This document shows positions 44,341-55,979 of a stretch of DNA of 64,000 bases, one piece after another; the stretch's first letter is position 1; each line of letters opens with the position of its first letter. The notes below the pieces were generated by a model. That model had not been told where the DNA came from, did not search any database, and saw only the letters and a program-made list of their open reading frames with translations. Location: the NCBI RefSeq assembly GCF_006345805.1, contig NC_042997.1, forward strand, positions 47,988,001 to 48,052,000, in the 5' to 3' direction. Both the position numbers and the translations under genes were made by a program. The stretch comes from Octopus sinensis (lineage: Eukaryota).

Positions 44341-44487
44341 ACTATTTTCCGATAACCTGTATTTGACATATGATCATGCAATCTATCCATATATGTATAT
44401 GTATACGTATACATAAATATATATATATATGTGTGTGTATGAGTGTGCGTGTGTGTTCGTATGTGTGGGTATGCCTGTGTGTATATG

Positions 44488-44544
<57 letters not shown>

Positions 44545-44556
44545 ATATGAGAGAGT

Positions 44557-44591
44557 CTTTTACATTTCGAGCCTACGCTCTTCATCAGAAT
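44557..44591 (-). ncRNA. Minimal hammerhead, one core mutation
   Basis: TT-CTGATGA-A-GAGC-GTAG-GCTC-GAAAT-GTA-AAAG (GAAAC to GAAAT, consistent with CpG decay). Confidence 0.65.
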
Positions 44592-45001
44592 GGAATGTAG
44601 AAATAAGCAGAGAGAGAAAATAATAACAGGTTTAGTGGCTAGCAATCAAAAACGGTGTAAGAAGAAACGACAATAGAAAAAAGCAGACAGTAAAAAAAGG
44701 TCAGAAAAGTTCAAAAGGTTCAGACGTCGTGGTGTATTGGAGCGATTTCTCCTCAACGGAAGAGTTCAGTGTAATCCATGTGAAATCCAGGTGGATGTCC
44801 GAAGTGAAAGGGAGTAAATAATCGCAGGTAGAGAAGGTATAGCAAATCGAAATGTATGAAGTAGGGACAGGATGAAACTGGTGCGACCACGTGAGCGTGC
44901 AATATATAGTTGGAATTTACAAAAAACAACAACAAAACAAAAGACGAAAACGGGTAAACAACAAACTCATGTATTAGTTTAACGCTCGGGAAGTGAGAAA
45001 G

Positions 45002-45039
45002 CCTTTCACGTTTCGAGCCAACGGGCTTCAACAGAAAGG
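45002..45039 (-). ncRNA. Degenerate minimal hammerhead
   Basis: CCTTT-CTGTTGA-AGCCCGTTGGCTC-GAAAC-GTG-AAAGG; variant core and non-cleavable GUG triplet. Confidence 0.5.
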
Positions 45040-45204
45040 AACACAGAAATATATATATGTATATATATATATATATGTGTGTGTGTATGTGTATGTGTGT
45101 GTGTTCGTGTGTGTGTCTGTGTATGTGTGTGTGTGCATGTGTGTGCTTATGTATGTATATACATGTATATATGTTTACGTATATATGTATACGTATATAT
45201 ATTT

Positions 45205-45278
45205 ACTTATGTGTATACGCAAGTGTATTAACTTATGTGTATACGCAAGTGTATTAACTTATGTGTATACGCAAGTGT
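45205..45278. repeat. 26-bp tandem repeat, ~2.8 copies
   Basis: ACTTATGTGTATACGCAAGTGTATTA repeated. Confidence 0.9.
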
Positions 45279-45634
45279 GTGTCAAGCTTTGCACGGACGT
45301 TTATATCTTGCTTTACTTACGAATCTATGCGCATATTTATGCACTTATACACGTGTGTATCTGCGTCTATCGGTTCCTATACATATATATATATGTATAT
45401 TTGTCCATAAGTATGCGTAAGCGCATGTATGTATATGCCCATATACTTGGATGAATATGTGCGTATATGTGTGTGTGTATGTGTGTGTGCGTGTGTGTAT
45501 GCATCTAAGCACGAACACAAAAAAAATTAATCTATCTAGCTTCCGACATACATTTATATACATATATATATATAAATATATATGAATATAAATATATAAA
45601 TATACTTATATATTCGCTTCATTTTCTCTCCTTG

Positions 45635-45776
45635 TTTCTGTGTTCCTTTCTGTGGAAGAGCGCATGCGCGAAACGTTAAAGAGCTTTTCACTTCCCGAGC
45701 GTTAAACTAATACATCTGTTTGTTATCTACTCCTCCTGTCTTCGTCTTTTGGTTTCTTGTGAATTCTCCCTATATA
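45635..45776 (+). mobile_element. Inverted copy of the PLE terminal repeat 44903-45049, with degenerate HHR (45646-45681)
   Basis: TTTCTGTGTTCCTTTCTG...CACTTCCCGAGCGTTAAACTAATACAT is the reverse complement of the 44970-45049 region. Confidence 0.8.
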
Positions 45777-46330
45777 TCTATTATATAAAATCCGTTCTGT
45801 CTGTCTCTCTGTGTGTCTTCTCGGATCTCGGGCATCCTCCATCCGATTGCAATCAAATTTGATATGTAGATACCGACGATATCAGGGCGTGTATAAGTCT
45901 TTAAAAAATTACAAAAATCGATTCCAGGTGAGAATGCTATCGATAAAGCCGTTTTTGTCCTGCTTTTCTTCCGTCAACCTGTACATAACTGCACCTTCCA
46001 TCTTTTGTTGTTTTTGTACTGCTTAAAGGCAGGTTTCTTTCCTGCCAAGCTTACTGTTTAAACCATGTTTGTGTTCTCCCAGTCAACAGCCTTATCATTA
46101 CTGGTACTTTAAAATATTCGGTTGCATATTTGTGTGAATAAAATAGTTTTTCTTTGGAATAGAAAAAAAGTCTATCTTTATATCTTCTTTTGCTGATGTC
46201 TCAAATTTAGGTTAAATCAGCGTTTCTTAAAGGGGACGCCTATGGGACAGTCGGACAAGTTGTTTTGAGAAAATTTTGTTCAAATGTTTTACAATTCGGC
46301 ACTGTCCATTGGAAGTGGGGGGGGGTTTCG
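45777..46330 (+). mobile_element. Helitron-like element family H1, second copy with a different interior
   Basis: 5' A|TCTATTATATAAAATCCG; first ~180 bp and last ~130 bp match 33170-33546. Confidence 0.7.
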
Positions 46331-46333
46331 TTC

Positions 46334-46334
<1 letters not shown>

Positions 46335-46399
<65 letters not shown>

Positions 46400-46795
46400 C
46401 CTCTTCGTTACTCCTTTATATTATATATATAAAACTCGACTCCGTTGGTCACGAATAACCTTGGGTGCACCTAAGAGGTTCCCTTCCGGGGTACAAACAT
46501 GCGCGGAAAGTAGCCACCCCGACGAACGAACAACCTAGGTTTGTTTTTTTATGGAAGACCAGCAGTTACCCGTGCATACCAGCCTCTCCTCTCCACACCA
46601 CCTATGCCGATTTGTTTGACTGGAAACAGCTTAGTAAGACATTCTATCTATAAATTTTCTAATATCTCCACAGCCATGGGTTTTTATCTCATTACGCAAA
46701 AAATTTATATATATATATATATATACATAATATATAATATATATACATAATATAATATATATATATATATATATATATACATACATAATATATAT

Positions 46796-46846
<51 letters not shown>

Positions 46847-46893
46847 TATATACATATATATACATACATAATATATATATATATACATACATA

Positions 46894-46926
<33 letters not shown>

Positions 46927-46948
46927 ATATATACATATATATACATAC

Positions 46949-47038
<90 letters not shown>

Positions 47039-47100
47039 GTATAAACATATATTTGTATACATATAATACATACATACACACATACATACATACATACACG
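46335..47100. repeat. (TA)n-dominated arrays
   Basis: 46335-46400 and 46705-47100. Confidence 0.93.
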
Positions 47101-48284
47101 AACCCTGCTAGTAAATGGTGTACATCGCTTTTCACTTATCGTGATATCAACAATTACTTTAATAAATAAATATATAAATATGAGACGTATGTGGTGGAGA
47201 AGGGCCAAGAGAGATAGTTGTGTATGACCATTTTTGCACTTATAAATATTGCACTGGTATGAATAATACGCTGTGAAAACAGCAGTGTACAGATTTCTAC
47301 GTATCCATTTGTTTCTTATATATATGTTCTTTCTCCAGAGATTACATTAGCCTATAAGAGCGAAAGACTTGTATCATCTGTTTCGTATCATTTTTTTCTA
47401 TCTTTTTCACTATATATTTTGATTTACCTTTACTAAACTTTTGTCGTTTATTTCTCCTTTTTGTTCGTTGATTTTTCAGTTTATTCACTTTCTTGTTTTT
47501 GTATATTTTCGTGTCCTACTTCAGTCTGTTTATCAAAAACATTGATCTACGAAACAACTAACAGTTTGAACTTCACGTGGTCACCTGAAACGCTAGTATT
47601 AATAGCTAGAATTTAAATTACAATTTACTACACTAACATGGAAAGACAGTTTTATTAGACAATCGAGTACTTTTACCAGAGATGCGTTCAGTCAAGGCTA
47701 AGCTCCAACTAAACAACAATCATCTTTGCTTTAATTCCGCCAGTTTTATAGATTCTGCATTTGTAAACAACAATAGCAATAAAGTGACTAGCTACCATTA
47801 CCATTTCAACTGGTAGAAGGTGTAGTAACCTGAGTGTTTTGACCACTGCCGCCAGTTTCTGACCTCTCTGAATAGCTGCAGTTTCCGCGTCCAACTATTT
47901 ATCATATGTGTCTCGTTTCCGCTGTCCTAAATTTATTCTTCCGTCCAGTTTACATCCCGCTTTCTCCAAATATCTCATGTTTCGTAGCACTTTATTGTCC
48001 ACTACACCAGTCTACATTTTTTTTAAAATTTCATATACTCTTATATTTTGTAATTTATCAGAGAGATAAGCTATAAAGCACTTACTAGATATTTCTGTAC
48101 TATATAATGTCTAACGAACTGGGTTATTTTTCAATTAGTACAGGGCATTTTAGTGGCAATTAAAAAAAATAGGGTCTCTAGCAGGGTCAGATACCATTAG
48201 AAAAGACTGGAGTTTTATATTGGGGTTAAAATGCAAAACCTATAATGAAATAGTAAAACATAATGAAATAATAAAATATCCTAA

Positions 48285-48329
<45 letters not shown>

Positions 48330-51254
48330 ATCCCTATTCACGACACCTGTTGACCATATATTGATAGAAAAAGAAGCCCAGTCGAATGCAGCCTATAGGA
48401 CGATCTCTAGCAAGCGACCTGCTATGATGTTTAAAGGGGTTAAACAGTTTAGATATAATTTTTCTAATGGAGTTCTAGAGAACGACTCACAGTGGAAGTA
48501 AGGAAACTGACGAAGTGTATATTGTTTGGTGATTATGCTGATGCTACTTCGTAAACGAATGTAAAATGTTTTTAAATTGTCTTTATAGTATGAACCTGCT
48601 ACAATAATTCTGGATGCGAGGAAGATGGAAATAGTGAGAATTTTGATTTCTAAATTCCCTGACATGATCTGGTAATCTCGTAGAATTCTCTGTTGTACAA
48701 ACTCTGCAACTTTACCATGTCTTCCGTGAATTTACTTTGTGCTGCAATAGTGCTTACTATCTTTCATATCAGGTTTCAAGTTTTGTAACTGAAGTGATCT
48801 TTAAATGTGAATACGACGGGTTGCTTATAATACGTTTTAAATTTGCTGTGCAAAATACCCTTAGTTGGAGTAAGGTTGACACATGTAACCAACAAGTAAT
48901 GGATGACAAAACAATCTTTATATTAGATGTTATTCATGTATAGAACAATTTTATCTTATAAACAATCTTGCCACTTGATATTATATAAAATTTAGTTAAA
49001 ATTTCAAATGGTATATCTCAAGAGATTAAAATTCAGTGGGAACAACACATTCACAGTGGTAAACAATAGAACAATCACGGCTTCTAATAAATCTGTCCAA
49101 TACATTTGGTGCTCCTCTAAAATATACAAGAGCAGTATACATACTTATTCATAGAGCAGATAATTAATATAAAATTCGCTCATCAGTATTGCCTTTTGAT
49201 GAAGTTTAATAGTTCATGTGTCAATTCATGTGTCAATTCATGGTGTCCATTGCAATAGAAGAAACTGTTACATGATTCTGGAAAGGGATTGCTTAATCTA
49301 TTATGGTAAGCTAACTAGAGTAAAACATCATTTGTTGAAATGAATAAAAATGGAAAGATTATATTCATTAATGTGTCGCTAGATCCTACCAATATACATT
49401 CACTGAAACCAAGTAAAATGAAGAATCTGCAAGACTTGCCAAGTTAGGTATTCCAGGAGCTACATGGGTCCACTCAGAATAAGACAATATATTTTCGTGA
49501 AGGTAAAAAATACCATCAAAATGGAAATAGAAATGGTTATAAATAAATCAGAATTTGGAAAAAGAAAAAAAGTTACACAAAACTTGAAAAACAAAACCAT
49601 TCTCTTAAGGTCTATGATGCCTACATTTAGCTTATACCAACATACATTATACGCGTCTGTATAAACATACACACACATATGCCTGTATTGTTATAATCCC
49701 ACTAATCGTGTATACATATATCTGTGTATATGTGAAACTTCTTCAGATACATAAACATATAAACATCTCTCTGTGATTCATCCAGTTGTGTAGTATCGCC
49801 AGATGAAATGAACCAATGATGATCAACCGGATACCCACGGATACTACGGACTCTGATGTCAAAGTCATGTGATAAGGAGAGATAGATAGAGGGAGGGAAA
49901 GGGCGAGAGAAAGAGAGAGATGTAGTGACAAAACATAGAAGTACTCTTGTTCATAACGTTTGATTTAAACATGTAGTACACACTTATACAGAGATATATA
50001 TGAATGCGTTTCTATAGAGTGAGGAAGGTAATTTGTGTGGATAAAATAGATAAAGAGATTTCTTCGTATTCATCCATCAGACATGAAGCTAAACGCACAT
50101 ACACGTACATGTATTGGTTTGCGTGTAGACATATGTATATATGTATGAGTTGTGTGTGTGTGTGCGTGTGTGTGTGTGTTGTGTGTGTGATGGCAGCGAA
50201 CATGTATTTGAATATATGACTATATTCCCTTATTTTATTTCCATTTTAATTATTTTTATTTACTTTCGTTCATTCGGCTTATCAAATTGTATATCCATGT
50301 ATCTATTTTCTTTTCCTTTTTTGTGGGGAAGATAATTCGATAAAATTATTTATTTCTCTCTACCTCCTTCCCTCTCACTCTCTCTGACTGTTTGTTTGTC
50401 TGTCTCCCTCTCTCTTTGTCTCTCTCTTTCTCTTTGTCTCTGTCTTTCTCACTCTCACACTCACACACACTTGCACATATTTTCTAAATCTCACCCATTT
50501 GCTCTTTACTACTGTGAGCCATGAAAACCTATATATACTCATATATACACACGCACTTACACAGACATATATACTTATATAAGCCTACTTAAAATATTTT
50601 ATTTACACACACACACACACTTATATGCATATCTGTGTATGTATCCATGCATGCATTTATATATAGTTATATACTGTTATACAAACGTGTTGCTTTTATC
50701 TATTCATTTCTGTTCACTTTTGTATGACTATTTTATGAATAATTTTTTTTCTATCTACATCGCTTGACTCAAATCGATTTTCATATATTTTACTGGGATT
50801 TTTTTTCGATCATGTTATATACTACAAAAATAATATTTGTTTCTTTTCCCCCTTTTTCTTTGTGCTGTGCGCACTTATTAGATTAATAAACCCTTGTGCA
50901 TAAGCCTCAAAAAAAAAAAATATATATATATAAGGATTCTGTCTGAAAATGAATTTGAAGGTGAAACATCCGACTAGAAATTAGAGAAAATTTTGTTTTT
51001 GTTGGGGACCCAGTGTATGGAGTTGAGGAATAAAAATACGCGTCTGTATATTTAAATAAGTATCTCTATTCAGAAGAGTAACCTACTTAGTACAAAAAAA
51101 TCGGAATGTAGCTTATTTTTGCGCATGAATTTTATTATTTGTATTGTTTTTTTGTTTTATTTTTTTTTTGTGTGTGTGATAATGTTAGTTATATGAAATT
51201 CAATTTCCCGTTTGGTTTTTGAAGAATCTTGTATTTCATCGGGATTTCTCACGC

Positions 51255-51548
51255 TTTATCTTTTATCCTTTATCTCGTACTTGTTTCACTCGTTAGACTG
51301 CGGCCATGCTGGGGCACCGCCTTGGCGAATTTTTAGTGGAATGAATCGACCCCAGTAGATTCTCTTTTCTCTTTTACTTGTTTCAGTCATTTGACTGCGG
51401 CCAAATCTACCCCGGGACTTATTCTTTGTAAGCCCAGCACTTATTCTATCGGTCTCTTTTGCCGAACCGCTAATTGACGGGGACGTAAACATACCAGCAT
51501 CGGTTGTTAAGCAATGCTAGAGGGACAAACACAGACACACAAACACAT

Positions 51549-51626
<78 letters not shown>

Positions 51627-51726
51627 TACGATGGGCTTCTTTCAGTTTCCGTCTACCAAATCCACTCACAAGGCTTTGGTCGGCTCGAGGCTACAGCAGA
51701 AGACACTTGCCCAAGATGCCACACAG
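51255..51726 (-). mobile_element. SINE family B lacking its head, followed by a second tail copy
   Basis: Tail TACTTGTTTCA..GACTGCGGCC occurs twice (~51280 and ~51375). Confidence 0.85.
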
Positions 51727-52439
51727 AGTTCGAATCTCAGACCTGGCGATGTGTGTGTTTATGAACAAAACACCTAAGCTCCACGGGGCTCCGGCAGAAG
51801 GTAAAGACGAACTTCTACTGACTCTTTCGCCACAACTTTCTCTCTCTCTTTCCTCCTGCATCTTGCAGCTCACCTGCGACTGGCCAGCGTCCCGTCCAGG
51901 TGGGGAACCTATACGCCAAGTAAACCGGCAAACCGGCCCTTATGAGCTAGGCGTGGCTCGAGAAGGAACAAACAATATACACATATAGTAACACACGTAG
52001 AAGCACACACAAACACAAGCACATATAAACAAATATGGGATTGAGAGCCAATGGGTGATTTCGATCCAAAATTTTCCCTATGATTCTTGATCAAATACTG
52101 TTTTTAAACTAAAAATTGTATAGTATACACCTTAATTCATTATGAATGTGCATACAGATCAAACAACAAGTACTGGTGCATTCCAGCGTAAAGCTTTTAC
52201 AAAAAATGAACAACTCTATATTGTACCAGTATTTGTAGCGATCATTTACGATCTGCTAATCTTTTGATCTCTGTATGACTCTCTTCAATATGGTGCACTT
52301 AATCATTATCATGAGTTGAAGGAATTTCAATCGTCGTAGCACATGCGGCTATATGCATATAGCAAGAGTATTTACATCAGTAACACATGGCTATAATCAT
52401 ACATAAATGATATCATACATATCTACGTAAACATAAATG

Positions 52440-52731
52440 TGTGAATGTATACGTATAATGTGTGTGCGTATATATATATATGTATGTATGCATGTATGTA
52501 TGTATGTGTGTATGTATGTATGTATGTATGTATGTATGTATGTATGTATGTATGTATGTATGTAGCGAGTGAGAGAGAAATGCCTGCAAAAATACTTCAT
52601 TCCATTCATATATACATCTTACATACACGCATGCATACATACGTACGTATATACATACATGCATACATACATACATACATACATACATACATACATACAT
52701 ACATACATACATACATACATACATACATACA

Positions 52732-52763
<32 letters not shown>

Positions 52764-52765
52764 CA
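52440..52765. repeat. (TATG)n followed by its complement (CATA)n
   Basis: Direct reading. Confidence 0.95.
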
Positions 52766-53083
52766 TTGTTTCAGTTCTCTGCTGTTGGGATTATAAAGCC
52801 TTTTAAGGTGGCACTTGATATCATCTCCATCAGATCATACATTTACTATCTACAAAGCTCTATCCCACAAACCTCATTATGAAAAGTAAAAATAAAATAC
52901 CGAAGCACATTCGCTGGAAAGCTTTGTCCAGCAAATAAGTCCCTAATGGACTCCGAATTGAAAAAACGCCATTGTAGTTTTCATATCAAATGTCATGAAC
53001 ATTTGCAATTATATACGTAGATTATATGGATATATGAAACACCAAGGAATGGTGTAATCAACAATTTACTGTTTAATAATAAA

Positions 53084-53129
<46 letters not shown>

Positions 53130-53131
<2 letters not shown>

Positions 53132-53240
53132 GGCTTCTTTCAGTTTTCGTCTTCTAAATAACCTCACAATGTTTTATTCGGCCTGGAGATACAGAAAACG
53201 TGCCACACAGTGGGACTGAACCTTTAGACATGTGGCTGCA
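53130..53240 (-). mobile_element. Degenerate SINE family B fragment
   Basis: CGGGCTTCTTTCAGTTTTCGTC...GTGCCACACAGTGGGACTGAACC. Confidence 0.7.
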
Positions 53241-53779
53241 AATCAAATACCTACATATTGGGAATGTGTGTCTATCCATATATATGTATGTGTGTATTTG
53301 TGTGCGTGTTAGTCTATGTGTGTGTTTATGCGTGCGTGTATGTTGCGTATGTACGTGTGACTTTGTATACTATTGTGAAAATCTATCCTAACCCTTAGCT
53401 AAGTTTATAACCGTCTGACGATTATTGCCACGATATAATGTACGAACATCTGCTACATCTGTCCAGAATACTTTATAATTTCATTATCATCATCGAAAGC
53501 TACTGTTATTTCTCTATACAAATAAATATATACAGAATTTAGCTAACTACGCATCTAGGAAAACTCTTAGGCTACTATTATGTGGTCATTTGCTTACTTC
53601 TACGGTGAAGAATATCAGTTCATACAACCTCCCGGTTATAACCCCCGACTATTTGGAACAAAATAATTGTTTGTTCGATATTCATTGATTGCAGCATAGT
53701 AGACAATAGTATATTATATATATTCTGCCTAGTGGCATTCAGAAAATTATGTAGACCCACCAAATGATTCACAACTTGA

Positions 53780-54672
53780 CAGTGTTCGGGCTAAATTTGA
53801 AGATCTTTGTTTTTCCTTTTCCAGGAAAAACTTGATATATTTGTGTGCAGTCAATGGCGTTGGGGAGCATGAAGATTAAAGTTAAGAAAAAAAGATTTTT
53901 CTTAAGCATAAAGATTAAAGTTAAGAAAAAGTTAGCTGACATGGAGGTTTGGAAACCATCTGAATACTGGAAAAGAGTTTGCTGTATCATGATCATTTGC
54001 GCCGGGTTTTAAAATGCTGATGTCATAACTGCAGATAAATGCCCTGTTAATTCTGTAAAGGCTGTGATACGCGATATGAACAGCTGCAATGCAGAATACA
54101 AAGCCGTGGTCTGCAGAAAGAGGCACAGTTGGTGTTCTGACTGTCCGTATGTCGGAATTCGTCAAACGACTGATGACCGGGCCTTAGAGTATGTGAAGCT
54201 GCTGGAGACTGTGCTTAAACTCTGGTTAGAGGAGAATTGCTGCTGGAAAGCCATGTGTGGCAGAAGGATTTGGCTCTTTGCTATATTTTACGAAAGACTC
54301 AGAAATAGTTGTTGGAAGAGTTCTACGACATTTCCAGCCCCAATTTTTGGCCTCCTAATTTCCCCGATTGTAATCCAATACATTACTATTTGTGAGAAAA
54401 ATCGCGCTGCCTGCAACACCAATGTGGTGTTGGTGTCCGAGTTCAAGTAGGGGTTCAAATATCTTACAAAGAAAGTACTGAAGAACGCATGCACCAGGTT
54501 CTGGAGTCTGGTTGATGCTGTGGTGGAAGATGAGGGCAGCTAATTTGAGTAAACTACTACCTCTTAGACATAATCTTTTTGATATATTTTTTATTTTCTA
54601 AAATTCCTTTCATTTTTTGATGGGATATTGTGTCTTCCTTTTATGCAAACTGTCATATTTAGTCCGAACACT
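53780..54672 (+). mobile_element. Internally deleted Tc1/mariner-superfamily transposon (maT/DD37D-like assignment tentative)
   Basis: TIRs AGTGTTCGGGCTAAATTTGA (53781-53800) and the reverse complement of 54653-54672; transposase remnants between them. Confidence 0.85.
53941..54552 (+). pseudogene. Mariner-type transposase remnant
   Basis: N-terminus MEVWKPSEYWKR...EYKAVVCRKRHS; C-terminus VWQKDLA...FWPPNFPDCNPIHYY (WPPNSPDxNP-type motif)...ACTRFWSLVDAVVE; stops, frameshifts, most of the catalytic domain missing. Confidence 0.85.
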
Positions 54673-55979
54673 ACATATTTTTACATTTATCGTTAACTTT
54701 TGATGCATTAAGCGACATATTTGTTCCAACGCAACGCCGTAAAACAGAGAGGCAAATTTTGATTCCCTGTAGTAAGCAATTCCACCGACCCTCTGCCTTT
54801 GGTTTATCAGAAATAAAAATATATTTTATCCCAAGTGAAATCGACAAGTATTGGAAGGAAACATGGCGAATAACGACGTTGTCAATATATGATGATTTTT
54901 AAAATATTCCACTCCTAAGAAAACTGTAAACTTCTTCGATAATTAGAGATGGCTAGTAAGGACTACGATGTACGATACTTTGATATAGTCTTTATAGATC
55001 GTTACATAAAGTTAATATGGATTAGAAAATCCCGGTTTTCGTTATAGACTGTGTGGATTGGAGCATCTGTTTCTTAAACAAGAAATAACCGGGATTAGAG
55101 CATCTATTAAAAGTTGAACACCAGTAGACTTGACTATCAATATAATCCACTGGCACATAAAGATATTTATATACGCCTACATATATCGCTAGCGAATAAA
55201 CTGATTCTCAATAGTAAATATCTTATTGTACACTGTTCGATTTACCTAGTGACTCTTAAAACCTACCGAGCAGTGTTGTACCGGGATTATATACAGAGAC
55301 GGTTGTAGTTTGAACAGTAACGAAATCAACAAAAGTGATTCATGAAAACAATGGGTGCATTGTCTAAAATGCGAAAATATCTTTACTCAAATTATGTTTA
55401 TTATTCTTTTGCATTTGCTATTATCATATCTACAGAGTTGTTAGAATTCTCATTTACAGCATGATGATATTGAATTACATGTCCAAAGAAACTACTGTAA
55501 GGAGAGACAGGAAACTTTGGCGTTTCTTTCTTCGATATTTGCCTCAAAATACAGCCTTATCTCGTTTACATAAACGACGTTCATCAATGCAATATCATGG
55601 ATTAGGAAGCTAAGTTAATTTACAACATAGTATGAGAGTGAGATTGGCCAGTATAAATATTATGTATTTCTACAAATCAGTATGTGTGTGTATATATATA
55701 TAACACTGAGTCTGGGATGTTTTCTAAGTATGTAGAATATATGTGTTAGTGTGTATGCATTCACTTCTACCTGTATATGCATGCACGCCTACTGACTCCT
55801 ATAAATTTGAAGATACTTTGAACGTATATACGGATTGCAATTATACAAATATATACTCACACGAAGGAGTCCGTAAACACATTCTCATTCCTTTCTCTCT
55901 CTCATTCAAAAGCACGCACACATTAATACACACTCCCACCCCACGTTCATATATGTATATGTCTATGTCTTCTATTTTT

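Larger units (their letters stand above)
44550..45049 (-). mobile_element. PLE partial tandem: terminal repeat, 3' body, start of a second terminal repeat
   Basis: Two related HHR motifs in the same orientation with triplets 446 nt apart; the intervening frame ends FHFGHPPGFHMDY, loosely like PLE endonuclease C-termini. Confidence 0.55.

Noticed and set aside
47709-48015. Minus-strand protein-like frame TGVVDNKVLRNMRYLEKAGCKLDG...*LDAETAAIQRGQKL
   Set aside because: In-frame stop, no recognisable family, weak splice signals; tBLASTn needed.
48368-48497. Possible exon ending at AA|GTAAGG
   Set aside because: Good donor but weak acceptor and unrecognised peptide.
51790-51975. GC-richer segment resembling a retroelement 3' tail (similar case at 46450-46620)
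   Set aside because: Single copy in the window; cannot be classified without a repeat-library search.
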